A stretch of 64,000 nt of DNA from Bacteroidales bacterium (GTDB lineage: Bacteria > Bacteroidota > Bacteroidia > Bacteroidales > UBA1715). Below, piece by piece: positions 8,027 to 17,073 of the stretch. The notes below the pieces were generated by a model. The model had not been told where the DNA came from. It did not search any database and worked only from the letters and a program-made list of their open reading frames with translations. Every line of letters begins with the position of its first letter. Position 1 is the first letter of the stretch. Location of the stretch: NCBI GenBank assembly GCA_031286165.1, contig JAITUU010000055.1, positions 404 through 64,403 of the forward strand. Reading direction: 5' to 3'. Both the position numbers and the translations under genes were made by a program.

Positions 8027-8847
8027 AATTTTATATTAAAATATTTTTCTAAAAATTCTTTGCTATCAATCGGAAACATTCCGTAAAACACATATGTAAA
8101 ATCCTCGTAATTAGAGAAAAACAAGTTATGTACAAATAAATCTTCCACGTTCCGAAATTTCTTTTTGCTGACGATTTCCTTTTTTCGTTCCTTGTTCCAC
8201 CATATTCGTCCTCTATCAATCCACAGTTTTACGAATTTGGGGTATTTTTTGAATTGCTCGATTTGATTTTTGTTTGAACACATTGGGCAAATCATGCAGC
8301 CCAAACGCTTTGTAACATCAAATTTGCCATTTTTATAGTACAAATCGTGGCACTTAATACCGCGTTCACGAATAAAATCCGCCACATCTTTGTCCGTCCA
8401 TTCCAAAATAGGAAAATACACTTTCACTTTATCTTTTCCGTAACTGCGGCATATTTCAGGCTCTTTGTAACGCTTTTTTCGTGCCTCGCTTTCGCATTTA
8501 CGAATACCTTGTACGGAATAATTACACACCTTGTATTCTTTCAAAACTTCGCAGCAATAACGCACCCTGCGTGTGGGAAAACCGCGCTCCGAAATGAGTT
8601 GTAACATTGTTTTTTTCGGCATTATTATTTCGCAGCCATTTTCTTTGCAAAACGCTATAGTTCCTTGTGGGTCAATCGTTGTGGCTTTGTAAATTGCGCG
8701 GTATTTAATTCCTGCCATTTTAGCGATTTCCAAAATCACGCTGCTATCTTTGCCGCCCGAAAAACTAATTTCTATCTCTTCGTCGGTGTGTATTGAGCGC
8801 AGTAATTTTATCGCAAAATCTACCTTTTTTTGAAGTTCTTTTGTCAT
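8023..8847 (-). CDS. Phosphoadenosine-phosphosulfate reductase-family (PP-loop ATPase) protein
   Basis: PP-loop motif SFSGGKDSSV near the N-terminus. Cys clusters RYCCEVLKE and CMICPMC. Confidence 0.8.
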   Translation of the reverse strand: MTKELQKKVDFAIKLLRSIHTDEEIEISFSGGKDSSVILEIAKMAGIKYRAIYKATTIDPQGTIAFCKENGCEIIMPKKTMLQLISERGFPTRRVRYCCEVLKEYKVCNYSVQGIRKCESEARKKRYKEPEICRSYGKDKVKVYFPILEWTDKDVADFIRERGIKCHDLYYKNGKFDVTKRLGCMICPMCSNKNQIEQFKKYPKFVKLWIDRGRIWWNKERKKEIVSKKKFRNVEDLFVHNLFFSNYEDFTYVFYGMFPIDSKEFLEKYFNIKL

Positions 8848-9074
8848 ACTTTTTCTTTCAATTTTTTAATTAAAAAACCAATCGGCGAATGAATTTTTCC
8901 GTTACTTTCCAAAATCGTTTTCATGATTGAAAATACGCGGTGTCCGATAGGGGCGTAGTCGCATAGTTTCAAGATTGTTCTAACATCTTCTTGATTTGCG
9001 TTTAATTTTTTCAACTGCGAAACAAGTAATGAAGTGCTGTACTTTATTGTTCCGTTTTTTTCTAACTCTATCAC
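8844..9074 (-). CDS. Hypothetical protein (76 aa)
   Basis: ORF translationally coupled (ATGA) to the PAPS-reductase-like gene. Confidence 0.5.
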   Translation of the reverse strand: MIELEKNGTIKYSTSLLVSQLKKLNANQEDVRTILKLCDYAPIGHRVFSIMKTILESNGKIHSPIGFLIKKLKEKV

Positions 9075-9379
9075 GCTTAGCGGAATAGCAACCTTAAATC
9101 CGAAAAAATCATATTTATTTGGTAGGGATTTTGGTATTTTTTTTATTTTTCTTGTGTTTTTTACGTTTTTTCTTGACTTTTCATATTTTTTATTGTATAT
9201 TTCTGAAAACTAAAATTTAATGCTATTATTACCACACTATTAACTATATTATTTGTTGTTTTGGGTTGGATTTTATATATTTTGTTCGATTTGTGGATTA
9301 CTACTCCTACGAAAAATTACAAACCCAACCTTTCAGGCGGTATTGCACCAAAATCAAAACCGATATTTATTTGTTAATC

Positions 9380-9529
9380 TCAGCAATACCGACTTCTATC
9401 TCTCTTGCTTATTTCTCTGTATTCGTTTTCATCGCGTGTGCTATCGTGGTATCCTTTAATGTAGCCTGCTAAAAACACGCCTACGAGTGTTGCTATCACT
9501 ATAAATATTTCTGCTATTGTTGATATCAT
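9380..9529 (-). CDS. Small single-pass membrane protein (49 aa)
   Basis: ATG at 9529 overlaps the upstream stop. MISTIAEIFIVIATLVGVFLAGYI is followed by a charged tail. Confidence 0.4.
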   Translation of the reverse strand: MISTIAEIFIVIATLVGVFLAGYIKGYHDSTRDENEYREISKRDRSRYC

Positions 9530-9744
9530 TCTTCCGACCCCCCAAATTCTTCGTTTAGTTGTTTTTCCACCCAAAGCAAATATGCCTCTTTGTCGGCTTT
9601 TATGCTATCGGTGTCGTAGGTTGTTGTTGCAATCATTGTTTCGGGGTCAAAGTCAAATTTGCGGTGTTTTTTTGCAATTGATATACCCTCCTCAATTCCC
9701 ATTTTAAGGAGTTTTAGTACTGTTTCTTTTTGTTCTTGTGTCAT
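9526..9744 (-). CDS. Hypothetical protein (72 aa)
   Basis: Clean acidic ORF coupled to the downstream small membrane protein. Confidence 0.5.
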   Translation of the reverse strand: MTQEQKETVLKLLKMGIEEGISIAKKHRKFDFDPETMIATTTYDTDSIKADKEAYLLWVEKQLNEEFGGSEE

Positions 9745-9783
9745 AGCGTTTATGTTTTAAGTTATTCAATTCCTATGTGTAAA

Positions 9784-10302
9784 TTATTCGTTATTTCGGC
9801 GGTGTAGAGCGTTGAAATTTGCTCTTTCAAGCGCGTTGTAAATTGCTCAATCGGTGCATAGTGAATTAATAAGTTGCCCTGCGAGTTCATAGCCACCAAT
9901 TTCGGCGAAGCGTTGCATGATTGTGATAAAATCCGCGCCACCGTTGCTGCTGGCTGCTCATTTAACGTTTTCCCAAATAAAAACCGTTGGTCGGGAGTGA
10001 GCAATAGCGGTAAGTGCGTATTCGATAAGACTACTTCGTTCGCCAGCCAAGCCGTGTCGCTTGCCGGCAATGCTGAAATCTTGGCAAGGCGAGCCGAAAG
10101 TGATAATGTCAGGTCTTTTAATTCCGCTTTCGAGAATATGCTCAACTGAGCCGATGTGTTCTGCTGTTTCATAATTGTATGTGTAATTTGCGATTGCGTG
10201 TTTGTCAATTTCTGAAAAATAGACATGCGAAAACTTAAAACCCGCCGCGCACAATCCTTTGTGAAAACCGCCGTAGCCGCTGAATAAATCGAGTAAAATC
10301 AT
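9784..10302 (-). pseudogene. Decayed DNA (cytosine-5) methyltransferase (N-terminal third only, two in-frame TGA codons)
   Basis: Motif I DLFSGYGGF, motif IV GSPCQDFS and motif VI IWENVK, then a TGA (9958-9960) where ENVKG is expected. The same frame continues with ...FAEIGGYELAGQLINS, a second TGA (9847-9849) and a TAA. The TRD and motifs IX/X are absent. Confidence 0.75.
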
Positions 10303-10502
10303 AAAATATGTGCATTAAATAGTGTGCGTAACTCGGTTGCTAATACACAATAGGGAGAGATTGTGGTTGCAAATACCAAATATACTCTATTGCTATCTAC
10401 GCGAATATCTAATAAATTGAAGACCTCCTCTTTTTCTAAATATCTCAAAATAGGTATTATTTGCTTAGAATGTTTTGCAATGCTGTTATAACGTTCTTTC
10501 AT
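10299..10502 (-). CDS. Hypothetical protein (67 aa)
   Basis: ORF coupled (ATGA) to the methyltransferase remnant. Confidence 0.45.
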   Translation of the reverse strand: MKERYNSIAKHSKQIIPILRYLEKEEVFNLLDIRVDSNRVYLVFATTISPYCVLATELRTLFNAHIL

Positions 10503-10542
10503 AATTATTGGGTTTTAGTTATTAATTACTGCATAAAAAAAA

Positions 10543-10583
10543 CGGTACATTTCAATATGTCAATGAAATCGGTGGGTGGGGTG
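10543..10583. repeat. Boundary repeat family, copy A
   Basis: CGGTACATTTCAATATGTCAATGAAATCGGTGGGTGGGGTG, 41 nt upstream (in gene orientation) of the 67-aa gene start. Confidence 0.7.
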
Positions 10584-10613
10584 CGTTCTATTTCACGCCG
10601 TCATTAGCGGATT

Positions 10614-11416
10614 TTATGGTACAAATGCCGTTGTTTTTTCCGTTTTCACTATATAGGTTCGTTGCGATTTTCCGGTTTCCCAACGCGAGGATTTTTCCAA
10701 TTCGTACTGTTTGTTTTTGCAAAATGCAAGGAGTGCTTTGTTGAACCGCTTTTTGCTCCAATCTTTTGTATTCACGCCGGCATCGCCTATAAATTCGTTA
10801 TACACGGTTATTATTGACACTTCTTGGTTTATGCGCGTATTTTCGGGTGTATTTTCAAAATATTGTTCTGCCCATTCTGCAAAGTGGTCGCCCATTTCGC
10901 TTTCGTTTATGCGCTCAAAGAATTTTTTCATGGGCGGGTTTATTTTTCCGTTGTGCTCCACCACTGCTAAATAGTAGTGCAGACAATCAAGTAAAAAATT
11001 AACGTCTTCGTTTTTCCATTCGTCTGTATATTTGGGATTTTCTATAATATCGTAGCCAAAATCATCGCACACTTTGCGGCTTTCGCGGTAGTTGTTCAGG
11101 TCGGTTTTTTCGTGATACCAATCCGAAAAAATGACAAACTGAAAACGCCTCGCCGTAGAACTATCAAAATTCAGCGGCGTAAAATTGGACGTAAAAACCA
11201 TTTTGGGCGATACGGTATATTCTATGTTTTGTTCATGCTGGTGCATTTTTCGACTACTCATATCGCCGGTAATTTGCGAGTAAAAATGGTTGAATTCAAA
11301 GTATTTATTGCAGTCGTCAATCACAATGAGCGAAGTATTTTCGTCTATATTGGAAAACAAAAATTTGTCTTTCACAAGTTCTTTGTCGCGCCCGCCTTTG
11401 GTGAGTATATGTTTCA
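10614..11416 (-). pseudogene. 3' part of the primase/SF3-helicase gene, severed by the prophage insertion
   Basis: Begins directly after the junction with ...HILTKGGRDKEL..., then Walker B SLIVIDDC and KMVFTSNF (SF3 motif C-like). It has no start or Walker A of its own; those lie at 43421-43470. Confidence 0.8.
11412..11416. repeat. Target-site duplication, left copy (TTTCA)
   Basis: TTTCA at 11412-11416 is identical to 43416-43420. The bases on either side of each copy differ, so the duplication is exactly 5 bp, the length Mu-type transposition generates. Confidence 0.75.
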
Positions 11417-11538
11417 ATTTCTATGGGCTTCACAACCAAACACGAATTGAAAAAAAACGAAATACAATGTGTAATTACCAATAAATAAATAACTTACAAG
11501 CAAAAATAAGCATTACGAAAAGCAATACCAAATACGAA
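11417..11538. repeat. Prophage left end with putative transposase-binding repeats
   Basis: AACCAAACACGAA at 11434-11446 and the variant TACCAAATACGAA at 11526-11538 are the reverse complement of the right-end motif TTCGTGTTTGGTT. One more copy lies in the opposite orientation at 12001-12013. Confidence 0.6.
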
Positions 11539-11785
11539 AAAGCGTAATTTACTGTAATTTTATCGTAATTTTTTTGAGGTATTTTGCCCGCAAAAGTAAT
11601 GTGAGCGTAATTTTGGCATAATTGAGTGCAAGAAAAGCCAAAGAAGCCCATAAAATAAGGCAATCCTGCCAAGCGACCATAGTTATACAGCCTCCTAAAA
11701 AGAGGCTTTTTTTGTGCCTTTTTGTTAGCGAAAAGCCACCACAAGCAAAATAACAAAACCACTAAAAAAATGCCTTTTTTTGCTA

Positions 11786-11821
11786 AAGGTTGTAATAAAG
11801 GTTGTAACGAAGGTTGTAACT
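11786..11821. repeat. Three tandem 12-bp repeats AAGGTTGTAA(Y)(R) in the prophage left arm
   Basis: AAGGTTGTAA starts at 11786, 11798 and 11810 (read directly). The position between the left end and the repressor gene suggests protein-binding sites of operator/enhancer type. Confidence 0.5.
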
Positions 11822-12016
11822 TTTTGTGCATAAAATACCCCCTTAAAACACCCCACTTTGCACTTTTTTTTCGGGTTCGAGGCGTTTTTTTGCGTTTTCG
11901 CTACCCCTATGTGTACAAAATTACCCCCTGTTCAGACCCCCTGTTTGCAGCGTAATATACTGATATTGTGTAAATTATGAAAAATAGCCGTTTTTTTGAT
12001 TTCGTGTTTGGTTTTT

Positions 12017-12040
12017 GGCTATTTGAGGGGCTATTTGAGG
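12017..12040. repeat. Perfect tandem 12-bp repeat GGCTATTTGAGG x2
   Basis: Read directly at 12017-12028 and 12029-12040, immediately after a TTCGTGTTTGGTT copy (12001-12013). Confidence 0.5.
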
Positions 12041-12101
12041 AGGTAGAAGCTTCTTTTTTGCACTAATTATGTAGCCATATACTGCTTGCTCATCCGTAGA
12101 A

Positions 12102-12560
12102 TTATTCGCCCTGTGTTTTCTTTTTCGGTTGCAGTGTCGGTGTGGAAGTGATTGTTGCCGTTTTTTTGTACAACAACTCGTTTTCTGCCTGCAAACGCCC
12201 GATTTCTCGGTTCAATGCCTTTATTTCATTGTCTTTTTCTCGGAGTTGTTCTTTGAGTAGTGCGGTAGTAGTATCTTGTTCTTGTGCTGCAGGTTGTGCG
12301 CACATCGGAGAGGTGCCACCTTGTATATCGCTATTTTTAAGCATTTCGCCCTTGCCGGTTAGTAGCCATTCGGGATTTATTTCGAGATTTCTCACGATGC
12401 TTTCAAGAATGTCATATTTTGGCATAACACCTTTTTTAATATAACCCCGAACATTAGCCTCATTTGACTGTATTAATGTAGCAAACACAGTGTTTTTACC
12501 GTTGCCAAATTTATCTACAAGAAGTTCAATGCGCTCGTGAATAGTCCCGTTTTTTTGCAT
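12102..12560 (-). CDS. Phage repressor (HTH, c/CI-like) with a coiled-coil C-terminus
   Basis: ATG at 12560 is preferred. FATLIQSNEANVRGYIKKGVMPKYDILESIVRNLEINPEWLLTGKGEM is a CI-type HTH signature. Divergent from the early operon. Confidence 0.6.
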   Translation of the reverse strand: MQKNGTIHERIELLVDKFGNGKNTVFATLIQSNEANVRGYIKKGVMPKYDILESIVRNLEINPEWLLTGKGEMLKNSDIQGGTSPMCAQPAAQEQDTTTALLKEQLREKDNEIKALNREIGRLQAENELLYKKTATITSTPTLQPKKKTQGE

Positions 12561-12678
12561 AAAATCAATTTTTATCGTAAGAAAACTCGAAAATAATTTG
12601 CTTAATCGAAATAAATTACGATATTTGCACTGTGTTAAAAAATTAAACACGCCGTAAAGATAACAAAAAATTAAAGCA

Positions 12679-12879
12679 ATGGAAAAATTAATTTACGCCG
12701 ATAAAAAATTACGGGAGCAAGTACGCAAAGCCTTTGCGTGTACCGATGCCACAATTGGCAATTCACTTCTATTCAAACACAATAGTCAAAATAATATACG
12801 CATCCGCACCTACGCCGTGCGTAATGGTGCCTCTTTCTTACGCAAAACAGACTACACTACCGAAGACCTCATTAATTAG
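12679..12879 (+). CDS. Small early protein, Ner/Cro-like by position
   Basis: 66-aa ORF, first gene of the early operon and divergent from the repressor. Confidence 0.4.
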   Translation: MEKLIYADKKLREQVRKAFACTDATIGNSLLFKHNSQNNIRIRTYAVRNGASFLRKTDYTTEDLIN

Positions 12880-12931
12880 ATATGAGATGTGAGATTGAAA
12901 GTAATTATGTAAAAATAAAACACCTCAAAAT

Positions 12932-15070
12932 ATGCAAGATTTCAACGGACAAATATGTGTAACAGGTGCGGAAGCAAAAGCAGCCATTGGCGAACATACC
13001 TATTGCTACCTATTGCGCAGCAACAAAATAGCCAATGCCGCAGGGTATGGTTGTAACGGAAAATCTGCTCTCTACCCGGTGGACGATTTTCCGCTCAAAT
13101 ACAAAGCAATGCTCTATGACTACTACCCCGAACTTTCGGACGAACAAAAGCGCAGGGAAATGATTAGTGAACAAAATTACCTCATAAGCAACATTATGCC
13201 CGACCCAAAGGCGCGAGCATTTTTTACCACCTACGAAAAACCCAACGGTGCAGAACTCAGCCCCGAAGAAAAAAGCAAATACGAAAATTCGGCAAAAATT
13301 CTCAACGCTCTGCGTGTGATGTACGAACGCTCATACTCCATGCACTCTCGCAGCGGCAAAGCGCATAAATTTCGCATAGGCGATTTTTGGCGCGGCGTGG
13401 AACGGCACAAAGACATTGTTTCCGCGCAATTTCCCAACTGCCTGCCCTGGCATTGGAAAAACTTACAATCCCTTGCCGGCGAGTATGCCGGCAATAATTA
13501 CGCTGCCCTGCTCAACGGCAGAATTGGCAACCAAAACCGCACGAAAAAACAGCGTGATTTGCTCACAAAAATAGTACTCAGTATCTACGCCGACCTTGAA
13601 AAACCTTTTAAATCGGACGTAACACGCATTTACAACGAATTTGTACTCGGCGTGCGTGAACTGTATATAAAAGCAACCGGCGAGGCGTTCAACCGCGCCG
13701 ATTTTTACCGCAACGGCGAACCCGAAACCATAAGCGATGCGCTTGTGTTCAATATCATTGAAAATCCACTCAACCGCAAAATTGTTGATACAATCCGTAA
13801 CGATTTTCACTACAATCAGCAACATCACAATGCCGCCATGCAGCGTATTTCTCCCGAATTTTCGCTCTCGAAAATTTCGGCAGACGACCGCGACCTTGTG
13901 CGCCGCTGCTGGGTACCGGGCAAAGACGGCAAGAGCAAAGTGATGGCTACCGTACACGCTTACTACATTTACGATGTGGCAAGCGGAGCCATAATAGGCG
14001 CGGCACACAGCCTCAAAAAAGATACCAACCTTGTCATGGAGTGCTATCGCAATTTATGGAACAATCTGCGCACGTGGGGGCTTGGCACTCCGCTTGAAGT
14101 GGAAGTGGAAAACCACCTTATGAAAGGTGGCACAATGGAGCAACGCCTGCACAACACCTTTACACACGTAAGCTATTGCGCCCCAATGAACTCGCAGGAA
14201 AAACGAGCCGAACATTTCAATAAAGCCAAAAAATACTACGGCGAATATGCTGAATTTAAAGTGGGTATGGCAAAAGGACGGCACCACGCACAGCACGAGG
14301 CGTATTTGGGTACTCGCAAAAAAGTATTCGACGAACACAACGATACCTACGAGGAGCAATTACCCGCGTGGGATTACAATTCGGTGGTAGCCGAAGATTT
14401 GGCACACATAGAATTGTACAACAAAGGCAAACATACTGCCAAAGACAAAAAAACAAAAGAACTCAAATATGGCGGCATGACCCGAATACAAGTGTTGCAA
14501 ATGCGCCAAAACAGCAAATGCGGCGCACTCAATTGGCGTTTGATATGCAAAGAATGGGGCGTGGAACGCGAAACAAGCCTTAAACGCGGCGCATCGTTCA
14601 CGGTGGATTACCGCGAATGGTGGTTGAGCGATGTTTCACTCATTCAGCGTTTCAAAGCGCACAATACCACCGCCACCGCATATTTCATACCCGATGCCGA
14701 AGGAAGAGTAAACGAAATATTCGTTTATCAAGACAATACATTTATTGACAGTCCGCGACACATTGGCAGTTTCCAAGAGGCTATTGCAGAACAAACAGAT
14801 GCGGACTTGCACATAATGCACACACAGTTAGGCTTTAAAAACGCGCAAAAAAGCCTTGCCTCACAAACGGCTGACGAATATTTACTCGGCAAAATCGGCA
14901 GCATAAAAACCGAACAGATAGACAGTGCATTTGCGCAAGTAACCACAAGCGAAACAATCCGCTATCTGCCGCCCGAAGACGAACTACTCGAAACACCCGA
15001 TTTCGTAGAATCGGATTACACACAGTACAGCCCCGAAGAATGGGCAGCACTATCGTTACAAGCAATATAA
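12932..15070 (+). CDS. DDE transposase (MuA-like)
   Basis: 712 aa, second early gene, directly upstream of a MuB-like ATPase. Candidate catalytic residues include ISADDRDL and KKDTN...(about 30 aa)...EVEVENH, a D..D(35)E-like spacing. Confidence 0.8.
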   Translation: MQDFNGQICVTGAEAKAAIGEHTYCYLLRSNKIANAAGYGCNGKSALYPVDDFPLKYKAMLYDYYPELSDEQKRREMISEQNYLISNIMPDPKARAFFTTYEKPNGAELSPEEKSKYENSAKILNALRVMYERSYSMHSRSGKAHKFRIGDFWRGVERHKDIVSAQFPNCLPWHWKNLQSLAGEYAGNNYAALLNGRIGNQNRTKKQRDLLTKIVLSIYADLEKPFKSDVTRIYNEFVLGVRELYIKATGEAFNRADFYRNGEPETISDALVFNIIENPLNRKIVDTIRNDFHYNQQHHNAAMQRISPEFSLSKISADDRDLVRRCWVPGKDGKSKVMATVHAYYIYDVASGAIIGAAHSLKKDTNLVMECYRNLWNNLRTWGLGTPLEVEVENHLMKGGTMEQRLHNTFTHVSYCAPMNSQEKRAEHFNKAKKYYGEYAEFKVGMAKGRHHAQHEAYLGTRKKVFDEHNDTYEEQLPAWDYNSVVAEDLAHIELYNKGKHTAKDKKTKELKYGGMTRIQVLQMRQNSKCGALNWRLICKEWGVERETSLKRGASFTVDYREWWLSDVSLIQRFKAHNTTATAYFIPDAEGRVNEIFVYQDNTFIDSPRHIGSFQEAIAEQTDADLHIMHTQLGFKNAQKSLASQTADEYLLGKIGSIKTEQIDSAFAQVTTSETIRYLPPEDELLETPDFVESDYTQYSPEEWAALSLQAI

Positions 15071-15088
15071 ACGTAAAACACCAAAAAT

Positions 15089-15967
15089 ATGATTACAACA
15101 GAATTAAAACAGAAAATTGCCGCGGCAATGACCGACCGGCGTGAGAATTTCGGCGGCTCCGACAGTCAATATGCCGTAAGTTTGGGCATCAACGCTTCCA
15201 TTTACAACCGCATAAAAAACGGCGAAACCGAGCGCGTGCTTGCCGATGCCAAATGGATAAGCCTTGCCCGGAACTTGAATGTGGAACTCGGCGCAGGCGC
15301 AGCATGGCAAACGGCAAAAACGCCGGTATATGTAGCCGTAAGCACACAGTTGGAATTTTGCCAAGAAAAAAGCGCACTCGCCGTATTGTGCGATGATGCC
15401 GGAATAGGTAAAACCTACGCCGCCGAACAATACGCCCGCAGCCACAAAAACGTGGTGTATGTGGATTGTAGTCAAGTGAAAACAAAACAACAATTAGTAC
15501 GATTTATAGCCAAAGAATTGGGGCTTGGGTACACCGGTATTTACCGCGATGTGTACGGCGATTTGGTGTTTTATTTGCGTACACTGCTCAAGCCCCTTAT
15601 TATACTCGATGAGGCAGGCGATTTGAATTACCCTGCGTTTTTGGAACTCAAAGCCCTGCAAAACAAAACCAAAGAAAGTTGCGGTTGGTACATGATGGGT
15701 GCCGATGGCTTGCGCGAAAAAATCAATTCGGGCATACGCCACAAAAAAGTAGGCTTTGCCGAAATTTTCGACCGCTACGGTGCCAAATTCCAAAAAATTA
15801 CGCCCGAAGGCAAAGAGGAGCGGAAGGAATTTTACGCGGCACAAGCGGCGGCAGTTATCAAAGCCAATGCTCCCGAAGGCACCGACCTGCGCAAAATGCT
15901 CCTCGCCACCGATAGCCGCCTGCGCCGCGTGTATATAGAAGTTAAAAAGGCTTTAAACGCCGCTTAA
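15089..15967 (+). CDS. Transposition ATPase (MuB/TniB-like AAA+)
   Basis: N-terminal HTH-like YAVSLGINASIYNRIKNGE. Walker A DDAGIGKTYA and Walker B LIILDEAGD. Confidence 0.75.
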   Translation: MITTELKQKIAAAMTDRRENFGGSDSQYAVSLGINASIYNRIKNGETERVLADAKWISLARNLNVELGAGAAWQTAKTPVYVAVSTQLEFCQEKSALAVLCDDAGIGKTYAAEQYARSHKNVVYVDCSQVKTKQQLVRFIAKELGLGYTGIYRDVYGDLVFYLRTLLKPLIILDEAGDLNYPAFLELKALQNKTKESCGWYMMGADGLREKINSGIRHKKVGFAEIFDRYGAKFQKITPEGKEERKEFYAAQAAAVIKANAPEGTDLRKMLLATDSRLRRVYIEVKKALNAA

Positions 15968-16002
15968 ATGAATACCTGAATAATTAATTAACAAACCTAA
16001 CA

Positions 16003-16659
16003 ATGGCTTTCTTCACAAACAATAATATTGTAACTACCAAACACGAAACCTTACCTTTTTCCGGCAAGTGGCACGACAGTTTCGGCTGTCCGCCGGTAAG
16101 CGGTTCGTGGATACTCTACGGCTCAAGCGGTAGCGGCAAAACAAGTTTTGCCCTGCAACTTGCCAAATACCTGACAAACTACGAAAGAGTGCTCTATTGG
16201 AGCATAGAACAAGGCAATAGCAAAACATTCCAAAAAGCATGGAAACGCGAAAACATGCAGGAATGCGGCAGCAACATAATCGTTGCCGATGGCGACACCG
16301 GTTTTGAAATGATTATAAAAACAATGACACAGCGCAAAGGGCGCAATATTCTCATTGTTGATAGTCTCACACCACTGCGTTACTTCAACGAGTTTAAAAA
16401 CGGCGTACACAGTATCAAATCCTTTGGCGTAGCCGAATACATAAAATTTTGCAAGCGCATGAAAGGTAAACTCATCATTTGGATTAGCCACGAAAAACAA
16501 GGATTGCCCGATACCACAGTAGGCGACTACATTATGAAACTTGCCGACCTCAAAATGAGGTGCGAAGGCTACAAAGTAATGACAAACAGCCGCGCCGGTG
16601 AATCTATGAAGGATTTTATTGTGTGGGAACGTGGCGCACGAGAATATAAAGGAATTTAA
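16003..16659 (+). CDS. RecA/KaiC-like P-loop ATPase
   Basis: Walker A YGSSGSGKTSFALQLA and Walker B-like NILIVDSLTPL. Confidence 0.55.
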   Translation: MAFFTNNNIVTTKHETLPFSGKWHDSFGCPPVSGSWILYGSSGSGKTSFALQLAKYLTNYERVLYWSIEQGNSKTFQKAWKRENMQECGSNIIVADGDTGFEMIIKTMTQRKGRNILIVDSLTPLRYFNEFKNGVHSIKSFGVAEYIKFCKRMKGKLIIWISHEKQGLPDTTVGDYIMKLADLKMRCEGYKVMTNSRAGESMKDFIVWERGAREYKGI

Positions 16660-16669
16660 CAACTAAAAT

Positions 16670-16981
16670 ATGCACTACTTCATTACAACCTACTCCACGC
16701 AGCCCAAAAACGCCAAAGCGCGTAAGGCGGTGGAATTTTGCGCAAAATTCCAACACTGCTTAGTGCCGGGAGCGCAAGGCTTCAATACCATTCATGCCGA
16801 AATAGAGCACGTATGCAACTATCTGAACGAAACCGACACCAAAAGCCGACCACTTACGGTAAACACACAGAGAGATAGATATATCATTCTCAAATTCGCC
16901 GGTGATGTACACAATGATGTCATTCAACTGAGTTTTACCAAAGTACAGAGTTACTACGATACGAAATTTGAAACCGAATAA
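16670..16981 (+). CDS. Hypothetical early protein (103 aa)
   Basis: Clean ORF in the early operon. Confidence 0.5.
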   Translation: MHYFITTYSTQPKNAKARKAVEFCAKFQHCLVPGAQGFNTIHAEIEHVCNYLNETDTKSRPLTVNTQRDRYIILKFAGDVHNDVIQLSFTKVQSYYDTKFETE

Positions 16982-17073
16982 CAACCAATCAAAAGCGAAC
17001 GGCGCAAGCAGTTCACGCCCTTGACGGCTCGGAAAGACGAGCATTTTTTTAGAAATAATTAACAATTAAAACA

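Noticed and set aside
9762-10226. 154-aa ORF overlapping the methyltransferase remnant
   Set aside because: It is an alternative frame of DNA whose other frame carries unmistakable C5-MTase motifs I, IV and VI. It is a shadow ORF.
5585-10502. Genuine TGA reassignment (code 4 or 25) for the whole outer element
   Set aside because: Several intact genes end in TGA within ATGA start/stop overlaps, and read-through would terminate within a few codons. Residues aligned to the internal TGAs are inconsistent (Gly in one case, Asn-Pro in another). Retained only as a low-probability alternative in the findings.
11475-11831. 118-aa hydrophobic ORF in the prophage left arm
   Set aside because: It lies in the non-coding end region over the transposase-site variant and the 12-bp repeats. 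Its composition is low-complexity (LQPSLQPLLQPL arises from the repeats) and it has no start context. It is more likely a by-product of the repeat DNA.
13463-14008. Long antisense ORFs inside prophage genes (for example 13463-14008, 16123-16662, 17059-17508, 19042-19626, 22224-22901, 28004-28576, 29062-29856, 34768-35373)
   Set aside because: Each lies fully within a longer opposite-strand gene that has clear motifs or operon logic. Their sequences are Cys/Phe/His-rich in a way atypical of real proteins. They are typical shadow ORFs of moderately GC-rich coding DNA.
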